Shown: positions 48,030-62,334 of the stretch, piece by piece
Numbering within the stretch: position 1 is the stretch's first letter
Layout of the letters: each line of letters starts with the position of its first letter
NCBI RefSeq assembly: GCF_036365525.1
Contig: NC_090404.1
Location: forward strand, 5,642,001-5,706,000
DNA from: Heterodontus francisci
Taxonomy: Eukaryota
DNA: 64,000 nt
Direction: 5' to 3'
Program-made: the position numbers and the translations under genes
The notes under the pieces: model-generated
The model's input: the letters and a program-made list of their open reading frames with translations, nothing else
Told to the model about the DNA's origin: nothing
Databases searched by the model: none

Positions 48030-51000
48030 CAGAACTGTGGGTGTACCTGCACCCCAAAGACAGCAGCAGTTCATCAAGACAGCTCACCACCATCTTCTCA
48101 AGGGCAATTAGGGATGGGCAATAAATGCTGGCCTACCCAGCAATGCCCACATCCCATGAACAAACAGTAAAAATAAAACTGTTCACAAGTCTATTGTGCA
48201 GCACAGCATCAAATGCCACATCAACATAACTGAGTAAATCCCTTTGCACACGAACTCAGTCATTACAGCATAGAAGGAAGCCATTCAGCCCATTGAGTCC
48301 ATACTGGTTCTCTGCAAAGCCATCCAGTCAGTCCCACTCCACCACTTAACCCCCATAACCCAGCAGGTTTATTTCCCTCGAGCGCCCATCCAATTTACTT
48401 TTGAAATCTTATCATTGTCTCCGCTTCCACTAATCTCGTAGGCAGCAAGTTGCAGGTCAAAATCACATGCTGTATAAAAAAAGTTCTCCTTCATAATCCC
48501 CCTACATCTCTCATCCAAAACCTTAAATCTGGGTCCACTGGTCCTTGTACCATCAGCTAATGGGAACAGCTTTTGTCTACCCTATTCAAACCAGTCATAT
48601 TCTTGTATATCTCTATTAAATCTCCCCTCAATCTACTTTGCTCCAAGGAGAACAACCCCAGATTCTCCCACCTAGCCTTGTAGCTAAAATCGCCTATTCC
48701 CTGGAACCATTCTGGTAATGGGCTGACAATTGGTAAGTAACATTCACGTCATACAAGTGCCAGGTAATGACCAGCTCCAACAAGAGAATCTAACCACCTC
48801 CTCATTATTTTAAACAGCATTACCGTCGTTGAATCCCCCACTATCAACATCTAGGGGTTACTATTGACCAGAAGATCAGGTCAGAAGCTGGGAATTCTGC
48901 AGCGAGTAATTCACCTCTCGACTCCCCAAAGCCGGTCCACCATCTGCAAGTCACAAGTTTTTTGTGTGCGTTATTCTTTCATAGGATGTGGACGTCGCTG
49001 GTTTTAGTTGCTCATCCCTAATTGCCCATGAACTGAGTGGCTTGCTCAACTATTTCAGAAGGCAGTTAAGAGTCAACCACATTGCTGTGGGTCTGCAGTC
49101 ATGTATAGGCCAGGCTAGGTAAAGACGGCAGATTACCATCAGCGAACCAGTGATAATGACAATCAGTGTTAGTTTCATGGCACCATTACTGATACCAGCT
49201 TTCAATTCTAGATTTTATGAATTAATTGAAGTTAAATTTCACAGCTGCCTGATGGGATTTAAACATAGGAACACAGGACTTAGGAACAGCCCTGCAAGCC
49301 TGCTCTGCCATTCAATAAGATCATAGCTGATCTGGTTGTGGTCTCAACTCCACTTTCCTGTCTGGCCCCTCCCCCATAACCCTTGACTCCCTTGTTTATC
49401 AAAAATCTATCTAACTCAAAGAACAAAGAACAGTACAGCACAGGAACAGGCCATTCAGCCCTCCAAGCCTGCGCCGATCTTGATGCCTGCCGAAACTAAC
49501 ACCTTCTGCACTTCCGGGGCCCATATCCCTCTATTCCCTTCCTATTCATGTATTTGTCAAGATGTCTCTTAAACGTCGCTATCGTATCTGCTTCCACCAC
49601 CTCCCCTGGCAGCAAGTTCCAGGCACTCTCCACCCTCTGTGTAAAAAAACTTGCCTCGCACATCCCCTCTAAACTTTGCCCCTCGCACCTTAAACCTATG
49701 TCCCCTAGTAACTGACTCTTCCACCCTGGGAAAAAGCTTCTGACTATCCACTCTGTCCATGCCGCTCATAACTTTGTAAACCTCTATCATGTCGCCCCTC
49801 CACCTCCGTCGTTCCAGTGAAAACAATCCGAGTTTTTCCAACCTCTCCTCATAGCTAAAAACTCAGCCTTGAATAAATTCAATGACCCAGTCTCCACTGC
49901 TTTCTGGAGAACAGAATTTCACACACTATCGACCCTCAGAGAAAAAAAAATTCTCCTCATCTCCGTCTTAAAAGGGAGACCTCTTATTAGGGTCATAAGA
50001 GTTATAGAGCACAGAAACAGGCCATTCGGCCCATCGTGTCCATGCCAGCCATCAAGCAACAATCTATTCTAATCCCATTTTCCAGCACTTGGCCCATAGC
50101 CTTGTATGCTATGGTGTTTCAAGTGCTCATCTAAATACTTCTTACATGTTGTGATGGTTCCTGCCTCTACCACCCCTTCAGGCGGTGTGTTCCAGATTCC
50201 AACCACCCTCTGGGCGAAAACATTTTTCCTCAAATCCTCTCTAAACCTCCCGCCCCTTACCTTAAATATATGCCCCTGGTTATTGACACCTCCGCTAAGG
50301 GAGAGAGTTTCTTATCTACCCTATCTATGCTCCTCATAATTTTGTATACCTCAATCAGGTTCCCCCTCAGCCTTCTCTGCTCTAAGGAAAACAACCCTCA
50401 CCTTTTCAGTCTCTCTTCATAACTGAAATGCTCCAGGTCAGGCAACATCCTGGTGAATCTCCTCTGCACCCTCTCCATGACAATCACATCTTTCCTAGTG
50501 TGGTGAACAGAACTGTACACAGTACTCCAGCTATGGCCTAACTAGCGTTTTATACAGCTCTTCGACTGTGTCCCCTAGTTCTAGTCTCCCCCAAGCAATT
50601 AAGGCGGCTAATGGTATGTTAGCCTTTATCACAAAAAGATTTGAGTACAGGAGTAGTGAAGTCTTGCTTCAATTATATAGAACCTTAGTTAGACCGCATC
50701 TGGAGTACTGTGTACAGTATTGGTCTCCTTATTTAAGGAAGGATGTAAATGTGCTGGAAGCAGTTCAGAGACGGTTTACTAGACGGATACCTGGAATGGG
50801 CAGGCTATCTTATGAGGAAAGTTTGGACAGGCTAGGCTTGTATTTGCTGGAATTTAGAAGAGTTAGAGGCCATTTGATTGAAACATATAAGATTCTGAGG
50901 GGTCTTGACAGGGTGGATGTGGAAAGGATGTTTTCCCTGTGGGAGAATTGCAAACAAGGTGTCACTGTTTGAAAATAAGGGTCACCCATTTAGGACAGAG

Positions 51001-54000
51001 ACCAGGAGAAATTTTTTCTCTGAGGTTCGTGAGCCTTTGGAACTCTGCCTTAAAAGGCGGTGGAAGCAAAGTCTTTGAATATGTTTAAGGCAGAGGTAGA
51101 TAGATTCTTGGATAAGCAAGGGGGTGACAGGTTATCGGGGGTAGGTGGAAATGTGGAGAAATCAGTTCAGCAATGAACTTATTGAATGGCGCAGCAGGCT
51201 CGAGGGCCCGACTGGTCTACTCCTGCTCCAAATTCACATATACGTAAGAGGGTCTGTCCTATGAAGGGAGATTGGGGAAACTGGGCCTGTATTCTGTCTA
51301 AACCTACAAAATACTTAAAAGAATAGACAGGGTAGATGCAGCCAAGATGTTTCCCCTGGTTGAGGAGTCAAGAACCAGGGGACACAATTTCAAAATAAGG
51401 GGGAAGCCACTTGAGAGAGATGGGAAGTTTCTTTGCTCAGGGGGTTGTGAATCTTTGGAATTCTTTACCCCAGAGGGCTGTGGAAGTTCAGTCATTGAGT
51501 ATGTTTAAAGCAGAAATTGACAGATTTCTAAATACCAATGACATAAAGGGATATGGGGATAGTGTGGGAAAAAGGCATTGAAGTGGATGATCAGCCATAA
51601 TCATATTGAATGGCGGAGCAGGCTCGATGGGCTGAATGGCCTAGTCCTGCTCCTATGTTCCGTGCAACTGCAGAAAAACTTCCCTTTTATATCTTTATTT
51701 TTTTTTTATATACACTTGTATATTCCATTGCCCTTGCAATAAACGACAACATTCCAATTGTCTTCCTAAACACTTGCTGTACCTGCATACTAGCTTTTTG
51801 TGATTCATGTACCAGGACACCCAGATCCCTCTGGAGCACTGAGTTCTGCAATCTCTCTCCATTTAAATCGTATACTGCTTTTCTATTCTTCCTGCCAAAA
51901 TGAAGTTGTTCTAATTTACCCACATTATATTCCATCTGCCAAAATTTTGCCCATGCACTTAACCTATCCATATCATTTTGTAGACTCTTTACCGCCTCTT
52001 AACAACTTACTTTCCTTCCTATGTTGGTGTCATCAACAAATTAAGCTACCATACATTCAGTCCCTTCATCCAAGTCATTGATAGATATTGTAACTAGTTA
52101 AGGCCCCAGCATTGATCCCTGTGGCACTCCACTGGTTACAGCTTGCCAACCTGAAAAAGACTCATTTATCCAGTGTTCCCAGGGTCTCTGGTTACTAGTC
52201 CAGTGATATTACCATGATGCCACCGTCTCTCCACTACAGGACTGTGATGGAACACTCTCCACTTGTCGGGATGAGTGCAGCTCCAACATTCAGGGAGCTC
52301 GACACCATCCAGGACAAAGCAGCCTGCTTGATTGGCATCCCATTGGCACCAACCTAAACATTCACTGCCTCCACCACTGATGGACAGTGGCTGCAGTGTG
52401 TACCATCTACAAGATACACTGCAGCAACTCACCATACCTCCTAAACCAGTGAACTCCTCCACTTAGGAGGACAAGGGCAGCAGACGCATGCGAACACCAC
52501 CATCTGCAAGTTCCTCGCCAAGACACACACTATCCTAACTTGGAAATCACCGTTCCTTCACGGTCACTGGATCAAAATCCTGGAACTCCCTCCCTTACAG
52601 CAGTGTGGGTGGACCTACACCAGAGGCGCTGCAGCAGTTCAAGGTAGTTCACCACCACCTTCTCAAGGGCAGATAGGGATGGGCAACAAATGCTGGCCTT
52701 GCCAGCGATGCCCCACACCCCATGAAAACTAACAACTAACCAGAATCTCCTCTGCACCCTCTCAAGGACCTTCACATCCTTCCTAAAATGTGACCAGGAC
52801 TGGATGCAATACTCCAGTTGGAGCCAAACCAGAGCTTGATAAAGTTTGAGCAGAACTTGCCTGCCTTTGTACTCAATGTTCCTATTTCTGAAGCCCAAGA
52901 TCCCATATGCTTTGCTACTCTCTCAATGTGTCCTGCCACCTTCAAAGATCTATGCGTATGAACCCACAGCTTACTCTGTCCCTGTCCACTCTTTAGAGCT
53001 GTGCCATTCAGTATATATGACCTCTCCCTATACCTTCTGCCCAAATGCCTCACCCCACACTTCTCTGTATTAAATGCCATTTGCCACTTTTCTGCTCATT
53101 CTGCTAGCCTATCTGTGTCCTGTTGCAGTCGACTGGTATCATCCTCAGTTTGCCAAACCTCCAAGGTTATCATCTGCAAATTTTGAAATTTTACTCAGTA
53201 TTCCAATATCCAAGTCATGTATTTATATCAAAAAGCAGTGGTCCTCACAATGACCTTTGGGCAACACCACTGACTACCATCCTGCAAGCTGAAAAACTGC
53301 TATTTACTACACTCGCTGTTTGCTGTCCGCTGTCCTTAAACCAGGTTTTTAAAAAAAATCCAAACTGACACTGACCCCCCTATTCCATGAGCTTAATTTT
53401 GTTAACCAGCTTTTTATGTGGTACTTTGTCAAATGCTTTCTTAAAATCCACACAGCCAACATCCACTGCATTCCCTTCATCAACTTTCTCTGTCAGTTCA
53501 TCAAGAAATTGAATTAGATTCGTCAAATATGATCTGCCTTTTACAAATCCTTACTGGCTCTCCTTAATTAACTCAAAACTGTCCAAGTGCCTGTTCATTT
53601 CTTCCCCTGCTTGTTATTTCTAAAACCTTACCCACCACTGATGTTAAAAAACTATTCCCACCAGTAACTTCTTTCCTTTGCTATTTATCTCCATCCAAAC
53701 TGAATCTACATCTTGATCTTCCGAGCCAAGATCATTTCTCACGACTATACTGATCGCATCCTTTATTAACAGAGCTACTCCACCTCCTTTTCCTTTCTTC
53801 CTATCCCTTTGAAGTGTAAAATACTCTAATATTTAGCTCCCAGCCTTGGTCACCTTGCAATCACATCTCTGAAATGGCTATCATAGCACAAATAGAAATA
53901 AATGGTTATGATATCAATTCATCCACATTGTTACAAATGCTGCATGCATTCAGATAAAGTGCCTTTTATTTTGTCTTTTTACTATTTTTCCCTACTCTGA

Positions 54001-57000
54001 ACTGATTTGCTGGTGCACTCTTACTCTTACACACTCTATCGCTTCCTGTCACACTCTGGTTATCACTGTCAGTATTACTACCCTGCAATATTGTCTTCTC
54101 CTTTTTCAGTAACTTTCTAAATTTCCCCTCACCTGAACACTGACCACCACTATTTAGTTTAAAGGCCTAATATTACGATTAGCCAGGACACTGGTCCCAG
54201 TGCGGTTCAGGTGAAGGCTGTCCCAATGGTATAGCCCCCTCTTTCCTCAGTACTGGTGCCAATGCCCCATGAAGTGAAACCCATTTCTCCTACACCAATC
54301 TTTGAGCCACACATGCAACTCTCCGATCTTATTTACTCTCAGCCAATTTGCTTGTAGCACAGGGAGTGATCCAGAGATTATTACCTTTGTGGTTCTTTTT
54401 AAATTTAGCCCCTGGATACGCATACTCCCTCAGCAGAACCTCTTTCTTAGTCCTACCTATGTTGTTGGTACCCACATGGACCACGACAACTGGATCCTTC
54501 CCCTCCCACTTCCACTAAGTTCCTCTCCAGCCTCGAGGAGCTGTCCTTAATCCTTGCACAGGGCAAGCAACACAGCATTCAGGATTCATGCTTCTGGCTG
54601 CAGAGAATCTTATCTTTCCCCTTAGACTGTTACATATATATTCTTTTTCATTCATTCATGGGGTGTAGGCATCACTGGCCAGGCCAGCATTTATTGCCGA
54701 TCCCTAATTGCCCTTGAGAAGGTGGTGGTGAGCTGCCTTCTTGATCTGCTGCAGTCCATGTGGGGTAGGTACACCCACAGTGCTGTTAGGAAGGGAGCTC
54801 CAGGATTTTGACCCAGTGACAGTGAAGGAACGGCGATATAGTTCCAAGTCAGGATGGTGTGTGACTTGGAGGGGAACTTGCAGGTGGTGGTGTTTCCATT
54901 CATTTGTTGCCCTTGTCCTTCTACTTGGTAGAGGTCGTGGGTTTGGAAGATGTTGTCTAAGGAGCCTTGGTGCGTTGCTGCAGTGTATCTTGTAGATGGT
55001 ACACACTGCTGCCACTGTACATTGGTGGTGGAGAGAGTGAATGTTTGTGGATGGGGTGCCAATCAAGTGGGCTGCTTTGTCCTGGATGGTGTTGAGCTTC
55101 TTGAGTGTTGTTGAAGCTGCACCCACCCAGGCAAATGGAGAGTATTCCATCACACTCCTGACTTGTGCCTTGTAGATGGTGGGCAGGTTTTGGAGTCAGG
55201 AGGGGAGATACTCGCCGCAGGATTCCTAGCCTCTGACCTGCTCTTGTAGCCATGGTATTTATATAGCTACTCCAGTTCAGTTTCTGGTCAATGGTCGCCC
55301 CTAGGATGTTGACAGTGGGGGATTCAGCGATGATAATGCCATTGAATGTCAGGGGAGATGGTCAGATTCTCTCTTGTTGGAGATGGCACTTGTGTGGCGT
55401 GAATGTTACTTGCCACTTATCGGCCCAAGCCTGGATATTGTCCAAGTCTTGCTGCAGTTCTACACGGACTGCTTCAGTATTGGAGGAGTCATGAATGGTG
55501 CTGAACATTGTGCAATCATCAGCGAACATCCCCACTTCTGACCTTATGATTGAAGGAAGGTCATTGATGAAGCAGCTGAAGATGGTTGGGCCTAGGACAC
55601 TACCCCTAGGAACTCCTGCAGTGATGTCCTGGAGCTCAGATGATTGACCTCCAACAAACACAACCATCTTCCTTTGCGCTCGGTATGACTCCAACCAGCA
55701 GAGGGTTTTCCCCGATTGCCACTGACCTCAGTTTTGCTCGGGCTCCTTGATGCCTAACTCGGTCAAATGCTACCTTGATGTCAAGGGCTGTCACTCTCAC
55801 CTCACCTCGAGTTCAGCTCTTTTGTCCATGTAGAAACCAAGGCTGCAATGAGGTCAGGAGCTGAGTGGCCCTGGCAGAACCCAAACTGAGCATCACCGAG
55901 CAGGTTATTGCTAAGCAAGTGCCGCTTGATGACACTGTTGATGACACCTTCCATCACTTTACTGATGATTGAGAGTAGGCTGATGGGGCGGTAATTGGCC
56001 GGGTTGGACTTGTCCTGCTTTGTGTGTACAGGACATACCTGGGCAAGTTTCCACATTGCAGGGTAGATGCCAGCTTTGTAGCCGTACTGAAACAGTTTGG
56101 CTAGGGGCACGGCAAGTTCTGGAGCACAGGTCTTCAGTACTATTGCCAGAATATTGTCAGGGCCCATAGCCTTTGCAATATCTAGTGCCTTCAGACGTTT
56201 CTTGATATCACGCAGAGTGAATCGAATTGGCTGAAGTCTGGCATCTGTGATGATGGGGACTTCAGGAGGAGGCCGAGATGGATCATCAACTCGGCACTTC
56301 TGGCTGAAGATTGTTGCAAATGCTTCAGCCTTATCTTTTGCACTGATGTGCTGGGCTCCCCCATCTTTGAGAATGGGGATATTTGTGGAGCCACCTCCTC
56401 CAGTTAGTTGTTTAATTGTCCACCACCATTCATGGCTGGATGTGGCTGGACTGCAGAGCTTAGATCTGATCTGTTGGTTATGGGATAGCTTAGCTCTGTC
56501 TATCGCATGCTGCTTACGCAGTTTGGCATGCAGATAGTCCTGTGTTGACACCTCATTTTGAGGTATGCCTGGTGCTGCTCCTGGCATGCCCTCCTGCACT
56601 CTTCATTGAACCAGGGTTGGTCTCCTGGCTTGATGGTAATGGTAGTGGGGGGGATATGCCGGGCCATGAGGTTACAGATTGTGGTTGAGTATAATTCTGC
56701 TGCTGCTGCCCCGACTTGAATGGCCCCCCTGCACACGGTGTCATGGTCAGTTTGCTCATCCACTCTGCAGTCCCTGCTCTTGTCCAAACAATCTACAAGA
56801 ACCTTGAACCTGTTGGACAGGCGCAAGGGCCGAGGCTCTTCTGCTTCTGTGTCCCCACATTTGCCTCACTCACAGTCACACCCTCCTGTCCCTGACCATG
56901 GACCAAATCTGAAGTACCTAGCCTAACGGGTGTGACTGCCTCCTGGAACAAAGCGTCCAGGTGATTTTCCCCTTCCCTATTACATCGCAATGTCCGAATC

Positions 57001-58370
57001 TCAGACTCTAGCTCATCAACTCTGAGCTGAAGTTCCTCGAGCTGCAGACGCTTACTGCAGATGTGGTTGCTGTGGATCACACTGGTGTTCACCCAGCCCC
57101 CACAGGCTGCAGCTGCAACACATCTCCTGCCCTGCCATCTTTATTGTGTTTTATTTAACTAATTAGGTTTCAAGTTTAGAAATATCACTGATAATTTGTC
57201 GTTCTATTAAGTAGTTTAACTAGTTAGCATACAAATTTAATACTTTTATCTCGCCAGTACCAGCTTAAACTACTGACCCAGTGTGGAAAAGAAAAAAACC
57301 TTAAAACACAACCACTCACACATCTGCTCCCTAATTGATGCCTCTGGGCTGTAGCTCTCACTGTCTCCAGCTCCCTCTCTTGGATCACTGCTTGTTATGT
57401 AAAAGTTCAGAACAGCACCCCCTCCCTCACTGCACCAAATTCCCATATTTAGCAAATTCCCGAGTTTAGCTCTCTGTCTCACAATTACACAGCACTTTGT
57501 GCATTAGCAAGACCTCCTGCATTTATACTAACTAGAATTCCACAGACCTGAGTCAGGTCCTGCTGACTGGGGAACCAGTTCTAACTAGCTAACTAAGTAA
57601 CTAACTGTGCAGCTGACACTTGCAGGTAGTTTGTTTACCATTCACTAAGACTGAAAGGAACTATGATTAAATATTAAAGTCAAGTTAAATGCGAAATGGA
57701 AACCTGACTCGATTTTAGAAAGAGGTCAACCTCTGAAATTTCCACTTACCAAATTCCCAAATTAAGCACTGTGTCACGCAGCACTCTGTTTCTGTTTACA
57801 TTAATCCAGAGGCCGTGAGTTCAAATCCTGCCTCGGCAGTTTGAGAATTGAAAGTCAAAATCTGGAAATAAAAAATCTGGTTGTCAGTAGATGTGACCAT
57901 GAAGCTACTGGATTGCCTAAGAATGTTCATTTATACAGCATCTTTCCCCAACCTCAGGATGTTCCAAAGCACTTTACAGCCAATTAAGCATCTTTAAAAT
58001 GTGTACTCACTCTTGTAATGTCGGATAATGCGGGCAGCCCAAGCTGTGTACAGCAAGATCCCACAAACAGCAAACACCAACCAACCACCCACCTTTTCAC
58101 AACAGGCATAAAATTGGTTCATTCCCTCAAGGGATGGAAACCTGCCGTCCTTACCCGGTCTGGGCCTGTATAAGTGACTGAAGTCTTACACTAACATGGA
58201 TGACTATTAACTGCCCCTGAAGTGGCCGAACGAACCACTCAGTCGTATGAAACCGGTTCAAGGAGGCGGCCGCCCACCACCAGCACCTTCTCAAGGGGAG
58301 ACTAGGGACAGGGTAATAAATACCAGCTTTACCAGCGATGCCCACATCCCAAGAATGAATTAGTAAAAAC
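48030..58370. mobile_element. About 10 kb of stacked CR1, CR1/L2-group LINE and SINE fragments
   Basis: Continuous RT and tail motifs on both strands. An old minus-strand CR1 (ORF1 N-terminus HICSKR..LQLRVDELE at ~57090) is interrupted by younger elements. Confidence 0.8.
54645..56712 (-). mobile_element. Second LINE family (CR1/L2 group), 3' about 2 kb
   Basis: KAMGPDNI, NYRPISLLS, QFGF, GVPRGSVLGPTIFSCFINDL, MFADD. 3' tail shared with SINE family 2. Confidence 0.85.
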
Positions 58371-58451
58371 TTGCAGCCAGTCCTTTCCTCAAAGGGACTG
58401 GTGGAAAATCTGAAGCCCACCCACTGGAGACACCAAAACCCATCCAAGCTC

Positions 58452-58965
58452 AGTAATTATCAACCAGGTTTTCTCGCACCCATTGCCTCCGCCTCAAAGG
58501 CTGTGACATTAAAATCCCCGTGTTTTAGTGTTTTGGGTGGCCCCAACCAGTGTGGTGTCCTCCCCAGGAGAGAGGCCTGCCGGCTACCGGCTACCACTCG
58601 AGCCCCAGGCTCTCTCCGCGGCCTTGCTCCTGGCCGCTCACCTGCTCCTGCACAGCTCGAGCTCGATGGCCCACCTGTGCCGGCGCGCGCCATCACCAAG
58701 CCCCGCCCCCGCAGCCATGGCAACGCCGGCGACCGTTAACCATCTCCCGTTCAAACTTCTCGACGCGCGAAAAAATGCGCCAACAATCGCTGCCTCGCAG
58801 ATCGCGCACGCGCACCAACTGCGTTCGGAGCCGCAATGTCAAACGTCATCATCGCCTTCTTTGTTCGGAGCAAAACTCTGCCAACGCCATTAAGCCAGGC
58901 GAAATGAAGCGCCACTGCCCCGTAGAAAGATGGACACCACGCTCAATGCGAACATTTCACTTCGA
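58452..58965 (-). promoter_or_regulatory. Inverted copy of the type-A half of the CpG-island promoter
   Basis: Reverse complement aligns with 27221-27758. Confidence 0.85.
58642..58718 (-). other. EMC4-like coding first exon (duplicate, copy 2)
   Basis: gccATGg, MAAGAGLGDGARRHRWAIELELCRS(R), CAG|GTGAGC. Differs from copy 1 by N>D and a 3-nt deletion. Confidence 0.6.
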
Positions 58966-59542
58966 GTCATAGAGTTATACAGCACAGAAACAGGTCCTCG
59001 GCCCATCGTGTCAGTGCCGGCCATCAAGGACCTATCTTTTCTAATCCCATTTTCCAGCACTTGGCCCGATGCCTTGTCTGCTGCGGCATTTCAAGTGCTC
59101 ATCTAAATACTTCTTAAATGTTGGGAAGGGTACCAACCCTTCAGGCAGCGTATTCCAGATTGCAACCAATCACAGGGTGAAAACATTTTTCCTCAAATCC
59201 CCTCTCAACCTCCTGCCCCTTATCTTATATCTATGCCCCCTGGTTATTGACATCTCTGCGAAGGGATAAAGTTTCTTCCTACCTACCCTATCTCTCTCTG
59301 CCCTTCATAATTTTGTATACTTCTATAAGGTCTCCCCTCAGCCTTCTCTGCTCTAAGGAAAACAACCCTCGCCTATCCAGTCTCTCTTCATAGCTGAAAT
59401 GCTCCAGGCCAGGCAACATCCTGGTGAATCTCCGCTGCACCCTCTCCAGTGCAATCACATTCTTCCGATGGTGTGGCGACCAGAACTGTACACAGTACTC
59501 AAGCTGTGGCCTAACTAGCGTTTCATACAGCTCCATCATAAC
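58966..59542 (-). mobile_element. CR1 3' fragment
   Basis: LVRPQLEYCVQFWSP..LERVQRRFTRMLPG. Confidence 0.88.
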
Positions 59543-59544
59543 TT

Positions 59545-60163
59545 GTGGTTGCTGGCCATTTCAACACTCCCCCCTGCTCTCATGCCCACATCTCTGTCCT
59601 GGGATTGCTGCAGTGTTCCAGTGAACATCAACGCAAGCTCGAGGAACAGCACCTTGTTTACTGATTAGGCACGCTACAGCCTGCCGGACTGAACATTGAG
59701 TTCAATAATTTCAGAGCATGACGGGCCCCCCTTTTTATTTTTAGTTATTTTTTTCTTTTTTGTGTTTGTTTAGTTTGTTTCTACTGTGCCGACCCACTTT
59801 TTCATGTTTGTGCTTGGGGCCAAACTGTTCAGTTTTCTGTCAATTAACACCCTCTGTATTAACAGTTTGTCTTTCACCACACCAGTAACATACCGTTTGC
59901 CTTTGCTCCATGACCTTCTGGTCAGTTATTCTCTGTGACCTTGTCCTATCAACACCTTCTCTTTTGTTATTTCTTGCCCCACCCCCACTTTACTTGCTTA
60001 AAACCTATTACATTTTTAGCCTCTGCCAGTTCTGATGAAGGGTCACTGACCTGAAACATTAACTCTGCTTCTCTCTGCACAGATGCTGCCAGAACTGCGA
60101 AGTATTTCCATTATTTCTTGTTTTTATTTCAGATTTCCAGCATCTGCAGTATTTTGCTTTTAT
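59545..60163 (+). mobile_element. Penelope-like 3' fragment
   Basis: Reverse-complement homology to 34017-34680. Confidence 0.8.
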
Positions 60164-60209
60164 CACAACTTGCTTGTTTTGTGAAAAAAGTATTTATCTT
60201 TTGCAAGCT

Positions 60210-61497
60210 TGATTAGAGATAGTCAGCATGGCTTTGTGAGGGGCAGGTCATGCCTCACAAGCCTTATTGAATTCTTTGAGGATGTGACAAAACACATTGA
60301 TGAAGGAAGAGCAGTGGATGTTGTGTATATGGATTTTAGCAAGGCGTTTGATAAGGTTCCCCATGGTAGGCTCATTCAGAAAGTAAGGAGGCATGGGATA
60401 CAGGGAAAATTGGCTGTCTGGATACAGAATTGGCTGGCCCAGAGAAGACAGAGGGTGGTAGTAGATGGAAAGTATTCAGCCTGGAGCTCGGTGACCAGTG
60501 GTGTTCCGCAGGGATCTGTTCTGGGACCTCTGCTCTTTGTGATTTTTATAAATGACTTGGATGAGGAAGTGGAAGGCTGGGTTAGTAAGTTTGCCGATGA
60601 CACAAAGGTTGCTGGAGTTGTGGATCGTGTGGAGGGCTGTTGTAGGTTGCAACGGGACATTGACAGGATGCAGAGCTGGGCTGAGAAGTGGCAGATGGAG
60701 TTCAACCTGGAAAAGTGTGAAGTGATTCATTTTGGAAGGTCGAATTTGAATGCAGAATACAGGCTTAAAGACAGGATTCTTGGCAGTGTGGAGGAACAGA
60801 GGGATCTTGGGGTCCACGTCCATAGATCCCTCAAAGTTGCCACCCAAGTTGATAGGGTTGTTAAGAAGGCGTATGGGGTGTTGGCTTTCATTAACAGGGG
60901 GATTGAGTTTAAGAGCCGCGAGGTTATGCTGCAGCTCTATAAAGCCCTGGTTAGACCACACTTGGAATATTGTGTTCAGTTCTGGTCGCCTCATTATAGG
61001 AAGGACGTGGAAGCTTTAGAGAGGGTGCAGAGGAGATTTACCAGGATGCTGCCTGGACTGGTGGGCATGTCTTATGAAGAAAGGTTGAGGGAGCTAGGAC
61101 TTTTCTCATTGGAGCGAAGATGGATGAGAGGTGACTTGATAGAGGTGTACAAGATGATGAGAGGCATAGATAGAGTGGATAGCCAGAGACTTTTTCCCAG
61201 GGCGGAAAGGGCTATCACCAGGGGGCATAATTTTAAGGTGATTGGAGGAAGGTTTAGGGGAGATGTCAGTGGTAGGTTCTTTACACAGAGAGTGGTGGGT
61301 GCGTGGAATGCACTGCCAGCGGTGGTAGTAGAAGCAGATACATTAGGGACATTTAAACAACCCTTGGATAGGTACATGGATGATAGTAGAATGAAGGGTA
61401 TGTAGGTAGTTTGATCTTAGAGTAGGTTAAAGGGTCGGCACAACATCGTGGGCCGAAGGGCCTGTACTGTGCTGTACTGTTCTATGTTCTATGTTCT
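60210..61497 (+). mobile_element. Young 5'-truncated CR1, open RT frame (398 aa)
   Basis: No stops to 61405. (ttctatg)n tail. TSD aagct (60205-60209, 61498-61502). Confidence 0.95.
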
Positions 61498-61502
61498 AAG
61501 CT

Positions 61503-61853
61503 GAGATGGACCATATTTGTCGTTTTTCTCCAGCAAAATATTATGCAGGTATATTTTAATTCTAATGTTGGTTCATTTGTACCCATTTATCTCCCATTAC
61601 AAAGATGGCCGATATCGCTGAACCTGCCATTAAGACTTTCAATGGTGGGGCTATTACCCACCATTCCACGCGGAAGTGAATCTGCCCTATTCACACTACA
61701 TGAGCTCAGTGCGCAGGCGTAATGCTGGGCTGTATCCGGGGCATGCGCAGTATCATTTTGATCAGACTGCTGGAGACGCTTTTGGGGCGGGAGAGTCGGA
61801 CTAAGGCAGGCCTGGGCAGCGGGGTCACTGGCCGCCATCCTGTACAAGTCTTG
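61503..61853 (+). promoter_or_regulatory. Type-B half of the duplicated promoter and putative non-coding first exon
   Basis: Reverse-complement homology to 26794-27180. GCATGCGCA at 61741. Donor TTG|GTGAGG at 61854. Intron 61854-62334. Confidence 0.7.
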
Positions 61854-62334
61854 GTGAGGGACAGTGATGGATTCAGTAAACTGAGAGATTACAGCGATTG
61901 GGAAAGATTGAACGGTGGAGCTTTTTTATTCCCAAAACAGAAGACTTAGCGGTGACATGATAGAGCTCTCTAAAATTATCAATGGGTTGGACAGAGTTGA
62001 ATTGGAGAGAATGTTTCCCCTTGTAAGTGAATCCAAATCCAGGGGCCATGAATACAGTTACTGATAAATCCAATAGAGAAATAAGGAGAGATTTCTTTAC
62101 TCAGAGAGTGGGTAGAATGTGGAAGTGGTTGAGGCAAATAGTTGAGATTCTTTCAAAAGGAAACAGATGAAAATAAGAGAACAAAGGGAATAAAAAGCTC
62201 TGCTGAAAGGCTGAAATGAGCTAGATGGAATGGGAGCAGACAAGCACCAGGTTTATAAGCACAGTCTAGTTGCACTGAATAGCCTGTCTATGTACTGTGT
62301 ATTCTATGTCATTCTATATAATTTCCTTTCACAG

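Noticed and set aside
27497-58718. A complete EMC4 gene in the window
   Set aside because: No exon-2 or later motifs (YPVGY, RCWDIALGP) were recognised on either strand, so no gene symbol was assigned.
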